Shown here piece after piece: positions 27,068 to 36,713 of a stretch of 64,000 nt of DNA; the first letter of the stretch is position 1; each line of letters starts with the position of its first letter. The DNA lies in NCBI GenBank assembly GCA_043760535.1, contig JAYUOV010000001.1, positions 1,221 through 65,220 of the forward strand, in the 5' to 3' direction. A model generated the notes under the pieces. It ran no database searches and was not told the DNA's origin. It worked only from the letters and a program-made list of their open reading frames with translations. Both the position numbers and the translations under genes were made by a program. The DNA is from Chitinophagaceae bacterium. GTDB taxonomy: Bacteria; Bacteroidota; Bacteroidia; Chitinophagales; Chitinophagaceae.

Positions 27068-28252
27068 ATGAACAAACAAATCTATTACATGGACCAAACC
27101 ATGCGCTGGTACGGCCCTAACGATCCGGTAAGCCTAGCCGACATAAGGCAGGCCGGTTGCAGCGGTGTAGTAACTGCCCTTCACCATATTAAAAACGGGG
27201 TAATCTGGACGGTGGAAGAAATTATAAAACGCAAACAGGAAGTGGAAGCTGCAGGCCTGCAATGGAATGTAGTGGAAAGCGTACCTGTACATGAAGCCAT
27301 TAAAACCCAAACCGGCGACTACCTGCAATACATAGAAAATTATAAACAATCGCTTAAAAATCTGGCTGCATGTGGTGTAAAAATTGTGACCTACAATTTT
27401 ATGCCTGTTCTCGACTGGACAAGGACTGACCTTGCATACATAGTTGAAGATGGCTCCAAAGCTTTGCGTTTTGAAATGGCTGCTTTTGTAGCTTTCGATC
27501 TGTACATGCTTAAGAGGGCAGGTGCCGAAAATGATTATACAGAAGCGGTGAAAGCTAAAGCCTGTCAGCATTTTGATGCGATGAGCGATGATGAGAAATT
27601 ACTACTGCAAAGGAATATCATCGCCGGCTTGCCCGGCAGCGAAGAAAGCTTTACCCTGCAACAATTTCAACAGGCTTTGGATGCGTACGCTGGTATAGAT
27701 ACTGCCAAATTAAAATCCAATCTTATCTTTTTCCTGCAGCAGGTTTGTCCTGTTGCCGATGAAGTGGGTATAAAGCTGGTCATCCATCCCGACGATCCTC
27801 CGTATCCGATTTTGGGTTTGCCAAGAGTGGTAAGCACCGAGCAGGATATGAACGATTTATTTACAGCCGTACCTAACGTAAGTAATGGTTCATGCTTTTG
27901 TACTGGTTCGTTTGGGGTACGGGCCGATAACGATTTGCCAGGCATGGTTACCCGTTTGGGCAGCCGAATCAATTTCATCCATCTCCGAAGTACCCAACGG
28001 GATGCCGACGGTAATTTTTACGAAGCAAATCACCTGGAAGGCGATGTACCCATGTACGATGTGGTAAAAGCCATTGTGGAACTGATGAGGCACCGTGGCC
28101 TAAACATCCCCATGCGGCCGGATCATGGTCACCAAATGCTGGACGATCTGAACAAGAAAACCAATCCCGGCTATTCTGCTATTGGCCGCCTTCGTGGCCT
28201 TGCCGAATTGCGTGGTTTGGAAATGGGTATAGCCCGAAGTTTGTATGCTTAA
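27068..28252 (+). CDS. uxuA: mannonate dehydratase
   Basis: [43 protein letters not shown] and IHPDDPP match UxuA. The start is ambiguous between 27068 and 27089. Confidence 0.9.
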   Translation: MNKQIYYMDQTMRWYGPNDPVSLADIRQAGCSGVVTALHHIKNGVIWTVEEIIKRKQEVEAAGLQWNVVESVPVHEAIKTQTGDYLQYIENYKQSLKNLAACGVKIVTYNFMPVLDWTRTDLAYIVEDGSKALRFEMAAFVAFDLYMLKRAGAENDYTEAVKAKACQHFDAMSDDEKLLLQRNIIAGLPGSEESFTLQQFQQALDAYAGIDTAKLKSNLIFFLQQVCPVADEVGIKLVIHPDDPPYPILGLPRVVSTEQDMNDLFTAVPNVSNGSCFCTGSFGVRADNDLPGMVTRLGSRINFIHLRSTQRDADGNFYEANHLEGDVPMYDVVKAIVELMRHRGLNIPMRPDHGHQMLDDLNKKTNPGYSAIGRLRGLAELRGLEMGIARSLYA

Positions 28253-28309
28253 AATATCCCTAAAAAGTTTCAATAATTGAGAATTCAGAAATGTCTTCTT
28301 TTTTTTAAG

Positions 28310-28550
28310 TTCAGAGTTACTAGTCTCTCGTAGTTTTGATTTTGTTTTTTTTTCTATTTTTTGCTTGCCCCGGTAAAAATTAGTGGCTTCTTGAGGTGAA
28401 ACCTAGCAAAAAAGGTGCCCTAATGGAGCGACATTTGATATTTTTTTTAATCTCCAAGTATTACCGTACACCGTTCAGGTGTGTGCTTGTATCTGGCTTT
28501 TATACTCTGAATAATAACCGGTTTCAGTTTTCAAGGTTAGGAGTTCTGAG
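28310..28550 (+). repeat. ~240-bp dispersed repeat, copy A (degenerate ends)
   Basis: Shares the blocks CTCG[CT]AGTTTTGATT, GCCCTnATGGAGCGACATT, GGCTTTTATACTCTGAATAATAACCGGTTTCAG and GGTTAGGAGTTCTGA with copies B-D. Confidence 0.8.
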
Positions 28551-28693
28551 TATGGAGAAAAAGAAGAAGAACATACTTGCCACCAACAAAGTAAACCCTA
28601 ACGCTATCGGAAGCCATTTTGTAGCAGATTTTATGTTGGCTGTTTTTTTTAAATGAACACAAAGTGTTTTGTAAAATTTCTTTTCTTTACCGA

Positions 28694-29188
28694 ATGATTC
28701 ACGACCAAACCACTTTTAAGCAGGCAGCCGAAATGCTGGCACAGCAAGGCTTTACCATCGTTAAGCAGGATGCAGAACGCCCATGGGGCGGCTTTTATGT
28801 AATAGATGAAGCACAGGCCGCACAGTTTGCCGCTTATTATTTCCCCCTCGAAAATTTTGATGAGCTAAAGATTACAGAAAAGCTCAGCCCCAAAATTTTA
28901 ATGGTGGCACCCAATAAAAGATTAAGCTGGCAATACCACCACCGCCGTGCCGAAATATGGAAATGTATTGGGGGCACTGCAGCCGTAGCCACTAGCGATA
29001 CTAACGATGAAGAGGAACAACAAATACTGCAGCCAGGCGATATTATTAAATTGTATCAGGGCAAACGCCACCGCCTTATTGGCTTGGATACTTGGGGCGT
29101 TATAGCCGAAATTTGGCAACATACCGATCTTGAAAACCCTAGCGATGAAGACGATATTGTTCGGGTTTCGGACGATTTTGGCCGGTAA
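28694..29188 (+). CDS. cupin-fold protein (type II phosphomannose-isomerase C-terminal domain-like)
   Basis: RPWGGFYVID ... LSWQYHHRRAEIWKCIGG ... GKRHRLIGLDTWGVIAEIWQ is the cupin metal-site pattern. The start is set at the internal ATG 28694. Confidence 0.7.
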   Translation: MIHDQTTFKQAAEMLAQQGFTIVKQDAERPWGGFYVIDEAQAAQFAAYYFPLENFDELKITEKLSPKILMVAPNKRLSWQYHHRRAEIWKCIGGTAAVATSDTNDEEEQQILQPGDIIKLYQGKRHRLIGLDTWGVIAEIWQHTDLENPSDEDDIVRVSDDFGR

Positions 29189-29203
29189 GCACATCCGTTA
29201 ATT

Positions 29204-29454
29204 TCAGAACTCCTTACCCCTCGCAGTTTTGATTGCGTAATTTTTCTTTTTTTGCCAGCCCCGCCTGCCCCGATGAATATCGGTGGATTATTTCGGGGCG
29301 GAACCCAGCGAAAGCCTTGCCCTGATGGAGCGACATTGGCGAACGTTTTGAATCCCGAAGCATTTCGGGACTCCATTCAACTGGCTGCTACTATCCGGCT
29401 TTTTAGACTGCGAATAATAAGCTGTTTCAGGTCAAAGGGTAAGGAGTTCTGAAT
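29204..29454 (+). repeat. 251-bp dispersed repeat, copy B (reference copy, perfect 17-bp terminal inverted repeats)
   Basis: The 5' end TTCAGAACTCCTTACCC (29204-29220) and the 3' end GGGTAAGGAGTTCTGAA (29438-29454) are exact reverse complements. Internal hairpins are GCCCCGA..TCGGGGC and CCCGAAGCATTTCGGG. Confidence 0.85.
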
Positions 29455-29821
29455 TTATTACCACAACTTCTGCAAGCAGCCATTTACTGTTTGCATCTTA
29501 GCCTTCCGTAACGTTGCATTTTCTTTTACACAATGCAATGTTGGTTGTAACGTGGCTTTGCCAACCATGTGGTATTTTACACAAACTCTATAATGTGCCG
29601 GCTTTACCAATATGCCCAATTGGGTTGTGGCTGTTACTGCTTTTTTATTTTTCGTTCTTAAATCTGCCCCAGTTTGCTGCTTTGGCAGCTTTGCTTTGGG
29701 GCACCCAAAAGGCTGCGAGGGCGAAGGCTAAAAGGGTAGAAGGTATATGGTATAAGGTAAATGGTGATGGGTAATGTGTTTCGTAAAAAAGGTAAAATTA
29801 TTTGTATAGAATATATTGTAA

Positions 29822-30072
29822 TTCAATTTTTTGATTGAATCATTTTTCTCTTAAACCTAGCGAAAACCTTGCCCTGATAGAATGGAATGGAGCCTCATAA
29901 TACTGTGTGGATTTAATAATATGCCCTTGTTCCTCCTTCCTTATCAAAGACTATATCAGCCATTCTTCTTCTATATTAAGACGAGTTGCATAAGGCGGAT
30001 GCGGCTACTACTATTGCGCTTTTTATACTACGAATAACAAGCGGTTTCAGATCTCAGGGTAAGTTGTTCTGA
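29822..30072 (+). repeat. dispersed repeat, copy C (divergent middle)
   Basis: CAATTTTTTGATTGAATCATTTTTCTCTT, AACCTAGCGAAAACCTTGCCCTGATAGAATGGAATGGAGCC and GCGCTTTTTATACTACGAATAACAAGCGGTTTCAGATCTCAGGGTAAGTTGTTCTGA align with copy B. The GCCCCGA hairpin module is absent. Confidence 0.7.
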
Positions 30073-30099
30073 GGGTATTAAGTTGGAGTGTAGTTTTTT

Positions 30100-30140
30100 A
30101 AAAAAGAAGGGGCAACTTTATGATGCCCCTTCTTTTATTT
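30100..30140 (-). terminator. bidirectional hairpin terminator downstream of clpC
   Basis: AGAAGGGGCA-loop-TGCCCCTTCT flanked by an A-run and a T-run. Confidence 0.7.
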
Positions 30141-30151
30141 CAACTGTATGT

Positions 30152-32737
30152 TTAAACAACAGTTGTGTCTATCTCTTTTACTGCACCTTGTTTAAATGTG
30201 AAAGTAATTTTCTGATTTTCTTTATCTAGATTACCTACCAGCACATCGCCGTTTTTAATGGTCATGTTTAGTATTTCATCGGCCAGCGGATCTTCTAGGT
30301 ATTTCTGAATAGCCCTGTGCAGTGGCCTTGCGCCAAACTGGCTGTCGTAGCCTTTCTCAGCTATAAAATCTTTAGCATCTGCAGATAATTCTAACGAGAA
30401 ACCAAGGGCATTCATCCGTTTTAATACATTCTTCATCAGTATATCTATGATGTCGAAAATATTTTCTTTGGTAAGGCTGTTAAAGATGATTACATCATCA
30501 ATTCGATTGAGAAATTCCGGACTGAATGTGCGTTTCAGGGCTTTTTCTATTACCGCTTTGTTGTTCTCGTCTATATTGGTTTGGCGGTTAGCTGTGGCAA
30601 AACCTACGCCATCACCAAAATCTTTCAACTGCCGTGCACCGATATTCGATGTCATGATGATCATCGTGTTTTTAAAGTTGATTTTACGGCCAAGGCCATC
30701 GGTTAGCTGGCCATCATCTAGCACCTGCAACAGAATATTGTAAATATCCGGATGGGCTTTTTCAATCTCATCCAGCAGGATTACGCTATAAGGTTTGCGG
30801 CGCACTTTTTCAGTTAGCTGTCCACCTTCTTCGTAACCTACATAGCCGGGAGGAGCTCCTATTAAACGGCTTACGCTGAATTTTTCCATGTATTCACTCA
30901 TATCTATACGTATGAGTGCATCTTCACTATCAAACATGTATTTAGCCAGCGACCGGGCCAATTCTGTTTTACCAACACCCGTTGGGCCAAGAAAAATAAA
31001 TGTACCGATGGGCTTTTTAGGATCTTTTAAACCTACACGGTTACGTTGTATGGCTTTTACCACTTTTGTAATCGCCTCGTTTTGGCCTACCACCATGCCC
31101 ATCATGTCTTCGTTCATTTTACGAAGCTTCTCCGTTTCCGCCTGCACCATGCGTTTTACAGGTATGCCGGTCATCATGCTTACCACTTCGGCAATGGCTT
31201 CGTCGTTTATAGGAAACCGTTTGTTTTTGCTGTCTTCTTCCCACGCGGCTTTTGCGGCTTCCAATTGTTCGGCTAGGCGTTTTTCGGCGTCACGTAAAGA
31301 GGCGGCCTCTTCAAAACGCTGACTTTTTACCACTTTATTTTTCTCCAGTTTTATATCTTCTATTTTCTTTTCCAGATCTAAAATATTCTCTGGAACGTTA
31401 ATATTTTTAAGGTGAACCCTTGCACCTACTTCATCCATTACATCAATGGCTTTGTCGGGCAAAAGTCTGTCGGTCATGTAGCGGTCGCTCAGTTTTACAC
31501 AGGCTTCTATGGCGGCCGGGCTATAGTCCACATTGTGGTACTCTTCGTACTTGCTTTTAATATTGGTAAGTATTTCAATAGCTTCTTCCACACTTGGCTG
31601 CTCTACCAAAACCTTTTGAAAACGACGATCTAACGCTCCATCTTTCTCTATATACTGGCGGTATTCATCCAGTGTGCTGGCGCCTATGCATTGTAGTTCG
31701 CCACGGCTTAGGGCTGGTTTAAAAATATTGCTGGCATCTAGTGAGCCGCTTGCTCCGCCTGCACCAACTATTGTATGTATTTCATCAATAAACAAGATAA
31801 CATCCCGGTTTTTTTCCAGTTCGTTCATAATGGCTTTCATCCTTTCTTCAAACTGGCCACGGTATTTGGTACCGGCTACTAAAGCCGCCAAATCTAAACT
31901 CACAACCCTTTTATCAAACAGTACACGGCTTACTTTACGTTGTACGATTCTTAGGGCTAGGCCTTCTACAATGGCCGTTTTACCCACGCCGGGCTCGCCT
32001 ATTAAAATGGGATTGTTCTTTTTACGGCGGCTTAAAATCTGCGACACTCTTTCTATTTCCTGCTCACGGCCTACTATTGGGTCCAGGGTTCCGGCCTCGG
32101 CCATCTTAGTAATATCTCTGCCAAAATTATCAAGTACGGGCGTTTTACTTTTTGCATTGGCCTGCTGCTGTTGCTGCCTGCTTGCACCTTTACCCGGCTG
32201 ATTGCCAAAACCACCTTTTCTTTCTTCTTCAAAATCGTCGTCATCGTCGCCGGTATATTCCGATTTTGTGGGATTGTCGGGGCTTTTTACCATGCCCTGT
32301 TCGTTGCGAAAAGCATCATAATCCACACCGTATTGCTGGCCTAATATTTGAGAAGCAATGTTCTCTTTGTTTTTGAGAATACTCATCATTAAATGTTCGC
32401 TTTCTACAAACTGGCTTTTTAAGGCCTTTGCCTCTAACACTGTTACCCGTATTACCTTCTCGGCCTGTTTGGTAAGTGGTAGGCTATTAATGTTAGCGAT
32501 GTTTTTACCTGTTTTATCCTTTACAGCTATTTCCACTTCTTTACGCAATTCAAAAAGGTCCACGTTGAATTGTTTAAGGATTCTTATGGCAGTGTTTTCG
32601 TCGTCACGAATCAATCCTAACAAGAGGTGTTCAATACCGATAAAGTCATTGCCCAATCGCAAAGCTTCTTCGCGGCTATAACTGATGATTTCTTTTACCT
32701 GGGCTGAAAAATTATTATCCATAGTTGTTATTTTCAT
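30152..32737 (-). CDS. clpC: ATP-dependent Clp protease ATP-binding subunit ClpC-type (class I AAA+ chaperone)
   Basis: Double Clp_N repeat, two Walker A motifs (GEPGVGKT, GPTGVGKT), a UVR-like linker, and a C-terminal D2-small domain. Confidence 0.9.
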   Translation of the reverse strand: MKITTMDNNFSAQVKEIISYSREEALRLGNDFIGIEHLLLGLIRDDENTAIRILKQFNVDLFELRKEVEIAVKDKTGKNIANINSLPLTKQAEKVIRVTVLEAKALKSQFVESEHLMMSILKNKENIASQILGQQYGVDYDAFRNEQGMVKSPDNPTKSEYTGDDDDDFEEERKGGFGNQPGKGASRQQQQQANAKSKTPVLDNFGRDITKMAEAGTLDPIVGREQEIERVSQILSRRKKNNPILIGEPGVGKTAIVEGLALRIVQRKVSRVLFDKRVVSLDLAALVAGTKYRGQFEERMKAIMNELEKNRDVILFIDEIHTIVGAGGASGSLDASNIFKPALSRGELQCIGASTLDEYRQYIEKDGALDRRFQKVLVEQPSVEEAIEILTNIKSKYEEYHNVDYSPAAIEACVKLSDRYMTDRLLPDKAIDVMDEVGARVHLKNINVPENILDLEKKIEDIKLEKNKVVKSQRFEEAASLRDAEKRLAEQLEAAKAAWEEDSKNKRFPINDEAIAEVVSMMTGIPVKRMVQAETEKLRKMNEDMMGMVVGQNEAITKVVKAIQRNRVGLKDPKKPIGTFIFLGPTGVGKTELARSLAKYMFDSEDALIRIDMSEYMEKFSVSRLIGAPPGYVGYEEGGQLTEKVRRKPYSVILLDEIEKAHPDIYNILLQVLDDGQLTDGLGRKINFKNTMIIMTSNIGARQLKDFGDGVGFATANRQTNIDENNKAVIEKALKRTFSPEFLNRIDDVIIFNSLTKENIFDIIDILMKNVLKRMNALGFSLELSADAKDFIAEKGYDSQFGARPLHRAIQKYLEDPLADEILNMTIKNGDVLVGNLDKENQKITFTFKQGAVKEIDTTVV

Positions 32738-32810
32738 CTTACTGTTGTTACAATATTAACCATTATTTTCGGTTGCAAGTGTGGGGCAATTGCTTATTGT
32801 GTGAATTATT

Positions 32811-32849
32811 TTGATTTGCGATTTTTAGTTTACGATTTGCGATTTACTT
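32811..32849. repeat. GATTTGCGATTT / TACGATTTGCGATTT word array
   Basis: TTGATTTGCGATTTTTAGTTTACGATTTGCGATTTACTT. The same vocabulary occurs at 6201-6236 and 50072-50115. Confidence 0.7.
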
Positions 32850-33118
32850 AATCCGGAGTCGTATATTTTTGAATATAGCTACAAATTTTTAAAGCCGTAT
32901 TTCAATTAACAAGTCATACTGGAAATACATTTTTACATCAATAAAAACAATTAAACCATCAGAAATAAGTAAATAGTTTCATTGATAAATGCAATGCGAT
33001 TTGCAGGTAAAACACAAAATGTTATTCGAATAAATACCAAGAACTAAATTTTAAAAAGAAGGAATTTAAAACTTATCTAAAATAAGACAGTAAAATATCC
33101 AAACTGTTTGCTTAAAAC

Positions 33119-33158
33119 CAATCGTAAATCTGAAATCGTAAATTCAAAATTTTCAATT
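33119..33158. repeat. AATCGTAAATC word array (reverse-complement vocabulary of 32811-32849)
   Basis: CAATCGTAAATCTGAAATCGTAAATTCAAAATTTTCAATT lies immediately upstream of the STAS gene start. Confidence 0.7.
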
Positions 33159-33533
33159 ATGTTCCTCAAAACTGATACCAAAGAAAAATTCCACGAAATA
33201 AGGCTTGCCGAACCCCATCTTGCTGCTAATATGACAGCGGAACTATCTGCTTTGTTGAATCCTTACTTACAAAATGCAGTAAAAAATATAATACTGCAAC
33301 TGACGGATGTGCAGACCATAGATATGGAAGCTGCCGAAGCCTTAGTTTTAATTCAACAAAATTTCTACGATAACGGCGCTTCGTTTGTAATATGCGAAGT
33401 GCAGCCGCAAATAGAAAAATTGCTAGACGAAGCTCAACTACTGGAAACCATGAACATTACCCCAACCCTTAGCGAAGCCTGGGATATTGTTCAGATGGAA
33501 GAAATAGAAAAGGAATTTTTTGATGAAGCATAG
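33159..33533 (+). CDS. STAS-domain protein (anti-sigma-factor-antagonist-like)
   Basis: 124 aa. ILQLTDVQTIDMEAAEALVLIQQNFYDNGASFVICEVQPQIEKLLDEAQL fits the SpoIIAA/STAS layout. The start is set at the internal ATG 33159. Confidence 0.65.
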   Translation: MFLKTDTKEKFHEIRLAEPHLAANMTAELSALLNPYLQNAVKNIILQLTDVQTIDMEAAEALVLIQQNFYDNGASFVICEVQPQIEKLLDEAQLLETMNITPTLSEAWDIVQMEEIEKEFFDEA

Positions 33534-33540
33534 TTCAATT

Positions 33541-33682
33541 GTTCACTTGTTCCTGTAGTTCAGATGTTTCACTTATTCAGATGTTTCACTTGTTCAGATG
33601 TTTCACTTGTTCAGATTTTTCACTTATTCAGATGTTTCAATAGTTCAGATGTTCACTTGTTCAGATGTTTCACTTGTTCATT
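33541..33682. repeat. tandem array of ~8 units of a 17-bp repeat TTCAGATGTTTCACTTG
   Basis: The units directly abut and carry single-base variants (CACTTA/CACTTG, GATG/GATT). The word CACTGTTCAGATGTTT recurs at 24136-24151. Confidence 0.9.
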
Positions 33683-33720
33683 TACAAGCTAGGGAATTCA
33701 ATAATAGATAATATTGAGAA

Positions 33721-33782
33721 TGAGTAAACTTGTGAACTTGTAAACTCGTAAACTTGTGAACGAATTGCATTTGTAAACTTTG
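33721..33782. repeat. period-8 word array AACTTGTG/AACTTGTA/AACTCGTA
   Basis: TGAGTAAACTTGTGAACTTGTAAACTCGTAAACTTGTGAACG...TTTGTAAACTTTG lies just upstream of rnz. Confidence 0.8.
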
Positions 33783-33805
33783 AAAACTAACAAAACACAT
33801 TACCA

Positions 33806-34711
33806 TTGTTTGGCTTAACGATACTCGGAAACAACTCCGCTATACCAGCCTTCGACAGGCATCCTACATCACAGGCACTCACCTTTGACGACCAGGTATT
33901 GCTTATAGATTGCGGCGAAGGCACGCAGATGCAGATTGTTAAATACAAAATCCGTGGTAGCCGTATCAATCATATTTTCATCAGCCATCTGCATGGCGAT
34001 CATTATTTTGGCCTGATAGGCCTGATTACCAGCATGGGTCTCAGCGGCCGAAGTGTGCCGCTGCATATTTACGGACCAGCTATTCTTAAAAAAGTAATTG
34101 ATATCCACCTGGAAGCTGCAAGTACCAACCTGCCCTTTACCATACATTTTCATGCCCACCCAGATAGTTTTAGCAAAATAATGGACTACGACAAAATGGA
34201 CGTGTGGTGTTTTCCGGTACAGCACCGCATACCTTGTTTCGGTTTTGTTTTCAGAGAAAAAAAGATGCCCCGTAAAATAAACGCCGAAGCTGTAAAACAG
34301 TACCAGATACCGTTCAGTTTTTATGCCAGCCTTCAAAAAGGCGAAGATTATACCACCACCGATGGCGGAACTGTAAAAAATGAATTGGTAACCATTAAAA
34401 ATACCGAAGGCCGCTCTTACGCCTTTAGTGCCGATACCATTTACGATACCAGCCTTTGCAGCTATTTTGATGGCGTAGATATGCTGTACCACGAAAGCAC
34501 TTACATGAAAATGGATGAAGACAAAGCCACCCAACGTTTCCACAGCACCAGCGAACAAGCGGCCAAAATTGCATTGCAAGCCACGGCCAAACGCTTACTG
34601 ATAGGCCATTTCAGCAGCCGTTACGAAGACCTGACGGAAATGCTGAGAGAAGCCACCGAAGTTTTTGAAAACACGGAACTGGCGTTGGAAGGGGTAACGT
34701 ATGTGGTGTGA
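33806..34711 (+). CDS. rnz: ribonuclease Z
   Basis: LLIDCGEGTQ and ISHLHGDHYFGL (metallo-beta-lactamase HxHxDH) with the short-form RNase Z length. Confidence 0.9.
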   Translation: MFGLTILGNNSAIPAFDRHPTSQALTFDDQVLLIDCGEGTQMQIVKYKIRGSRINHIFISHLHGDHYFGLIGLITSMGLSGRSVPLHIYGPAILKKVIDIHLEAASTNLPFTIHFHAHPDSFSKIMDYDKMDVWCFPVQHRIPCFGFVFREKKMPRKINAEAVKQYQIPFSFYASLQKGEDYTTTDGGTVKNELVTIKNTEGRSYAFSADTIYDTSLCSYFDGVDMLYHESTYMKMDEDKATQRFHSTSEQAAKIALQATAKRLLIGHFSSRYEDLTEMLREATEVFENTELALEGVTYVV

Positions 34712-34827
34712 TATCAGGGGGAATAAATTTTCTATTTTTTTTGAAATTGGACGAATCCGTGCTATTGATTCTAAACCGGGGTCGGTGTTTTAACCTACCA
34801 CGGCGGCCAGATAGCCATGACGACTAT

Positions 34828-35850
34828 TTATCCAAGCACTTCCTTTTTCATCAGCCCTTTCTCCACTATTGCCTCCCAAAATGCTGGCGAAATTTTCTTT
34901 GTGGCCATGGCTATATTACCTTTTACTTTTTCTGGTTTGGTTGTGCTTAATGCCACACTTACAATGCCAGGAATATGGAAGCCAAAATTAAAACAGGCTT
35001 CGGCGGGCTGTATGCCAAACTGCTGGCAAATGGTAAAAAAATCAGTTCGCCATTGGTATAAAGCCTGTCCAACTTCTGTAGTGTTATCCACATCTACATA
35101 GTTATAAAAATTGCTGCCAATTAAAAAGCCGCCGTTAAAAACAGCTGAGTTTATTACAGCTACGCCTTTTTGATGGAGTGCTGCAATAAATGCAATCAAT
35201 TCTTTAGGATGGCTGTACAGGGTAAGGCTGTTGGCTATCATCACCCAATCCAGTTCTACATCGGCAGCTATGCGCTGTATTACTTTCCATTGCTTACTGC
35301 CTACGCCTACACCCATTATTTTGCCTGCTGCTTTCAATTCTGTTAAGGCTTTGTAAGCACCTAAAATATCATTGTATCGCTTGATTTCGTCAGCCGCATC
35401 GGTAGCTGCTGCCAGGTATTCGTCGGGGTCGTGTACAGAGCCTAGTTGCGAACTGTAATCTCCCAGCAATTCGTTCCCCTGATGAAAACATTCCAGTATG
35501 CCTTCGTAGCTTATTTTTTGCACGGCATCTTTTTTTATATCCATCCAAATACCTTTTTCAAAAGTGGGTTCCGGCGTGGTAAGTTCCGTTTGGTACCAGG
35601 CCAGTTTATTACTTATGATGACCTCGTTTGGCTTCACGCCCAGTTCTTTTAATGCTTTGCCCAGCATTTCTAAAGATAGCCCAGCACCATACTTTCCGGC
35701 ACTGTCAAAAACGGGAGTGCCGGGGCTGTTTTCTACACATGCCCTTACAATGGCCAGCTTGGTTTCGTAAGTGGTGGCTTCGTAAATATTGCCTAGGCAG
35801 CTGGTGCCAAATATTACCGGAGGCAGTATTATTTTCTTTTGTTCGTTCAT
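34828..35850 (-). CDS. aldo/keto reductase, likely L-fucose (D-threo-aldose) 1-dehydrogenase by context
   Basis: AKR pattern (GTSCLGN, FDSAGKYG, GVGVGSKQ) next to the lactonase-type amidohydrolase, mutarotase and fucP. The start is set at the internal ATG 35850. Confidence 0.8.
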   Translation of the reverse strand: MNEQKKIILPPVIFGTSCLGNIYEATTYETKLAIVRACVENSPGTPVFDSAGKYGAGLSLEMLGKALKELGVKPNEVIISNKLAWYQTELTTPEPTFEKGIWMDIKKDAVQKISYEGILECFHQGNELLGDYSSQLGSVHDPDEYLAAATDAADEIKRYNDILGAYKALTELKAAGKIMGVGVGSKQWKVIQRIAADVELDWVMIANSLTLYSHPKELIAFIAALHQKGVAVINSAVFNGGFLIGSNFYNYVDVDNTTEVGQALYQWRTDFFTICQQFGIQPAEACFNFGFHIPGIVSVALSTTKPEKVKGNIAMATKKISPAFWEAIVEKGLMKKEVLG

Positions 35851-35864
35851 TTTACATTGAAAAT

Positions 35865-36713
35865 TTATAGCCTGTAAAAACGGGTGGCAGTATTGCAAAA
35901 AATGTTTTGTTGTTCATCTACCGAAAAAGATGAAAAATATTGCTGTACAATTTGCAGCACCTGCTTATAACTGCCTGCCACTTGGCATACTGGCCAGTCG
36001 CTGCCATACATTATTCTTTTGGTGCCAAATGTATTTACTACGGCATCTATATATGGCGTAAAATCTTCGGGCTTCCAGATATTACAATCAGCTTCGGTTA
36101 CCATTCCACTTACTTTACAATACACATTATTATGCCGGGCAATTTTGGCCATATCCTCCTGCCATTCGTCTATCAATCCGGCCTTAATATATGGCTTGGC
36201 AATATGGTCAATTACAAAGGGTTGATTGGGGAATTTTTGCACCAATTCTGTTGCAGCTTTTAGGTGTTTGGGAAAAATTAGAATATCGTAAGTAAAGCCA
36301 TGTTTTTCTAAAGCAGCAATACCTTTTAAAAAGTTGGACTGCAGCATAAATTCAGGCTCCTCACTTTGCAGTACATGCCTAAATCCCTTGATGATATTGT
36401 ATTGTGCATAATGGGCCAATCTTTCATGGATATTCTCAGCTGTTAAATTTACCCAGCCTACAATGCCTTTTATAAATGAATTTTCTTTGGCCAGTTGTAA
36501 TAAAAAATCTGTTTCTGCTTCTGTTTGATCAGCTTCTACAGCTATGCAGCCTGCAATATTATTTTCTAACAAAATAGGCGCTAAATCTTGTGGTAAAAAG
36601 TCTTTACGGATTACCGACATTTCATCATCCATCCAGCTTTGTTTTGCAGTATTGTAATGCCAGAAATGCTGGTGGCTGTCTATTCGGATATTTTCTGTTA
36701 GTGGTGATGGCAT
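35865..36713 (-). CDS. amidohydrolase-2 family protein, likely L-fucono-1,5-lactonase
   Basis: IDSHQHFW at the N-terminus, VIDHIAKP and MYGSDWPV are amidohydrolase_2 motifs. The gene sits in the fucose cluster. Confidence 0.8.
   Translation of the reverse strand: MPSPLTENIRIDSHQHFWHYNTAKQSWMDDEMSVIRKDFLPQDLAPILLENNIAGCIAVEADQTEAETDFLLQLAKENSFIKGIVGWVNLTAENIHERLAHYAQYNIIKGFRHVLQSEEPEFMLQSNFLKGIAALEKHGFTYDILIFPKHLKAATELVQKFPNQPFVIDHIAKPYIKAGLIDEWQEDMAKIARHNNVYCKVSGMVTEADCNIWKPEDFTPYIDAVVNTFGTKRIMYGSDWPVCQVAGSYKQVLQIVQQYFSSFSVDEQQNIFCNTATRFYRL

Noticed and set aside
28396-29452. ORFs 28396-28656 and 29252-29452 inside the 240-bp repeats as a conserved small protein
   Set aside because: The shared nucleotide core is read in different frames in the two copies (KKGALMERHL against RKPCPDGATLA), and indels between copies break any common frame.
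29514-29774. 86-aa ORF between repeat copies B and C
   Set aside because: It is hydrophobic but has no start context, no homolog motif, and an Ala/Lys tail. The evidence is insufficient to call a gene.
33541-33682. Possible CRISPR array
   Set aside because: The units are only 17 bp, directly abut without unique spacers, and are degenerate. No cas genes are in the window.
33869-34579. 236-aa minus-strand ORF
   Set aside because: It lies entirely inside rnz on the opposite strand. Its product is a low-complexity Phe/Gly/Ala-rich string, whereas the plus-strand product has the RNase Z HxHxDH motif.
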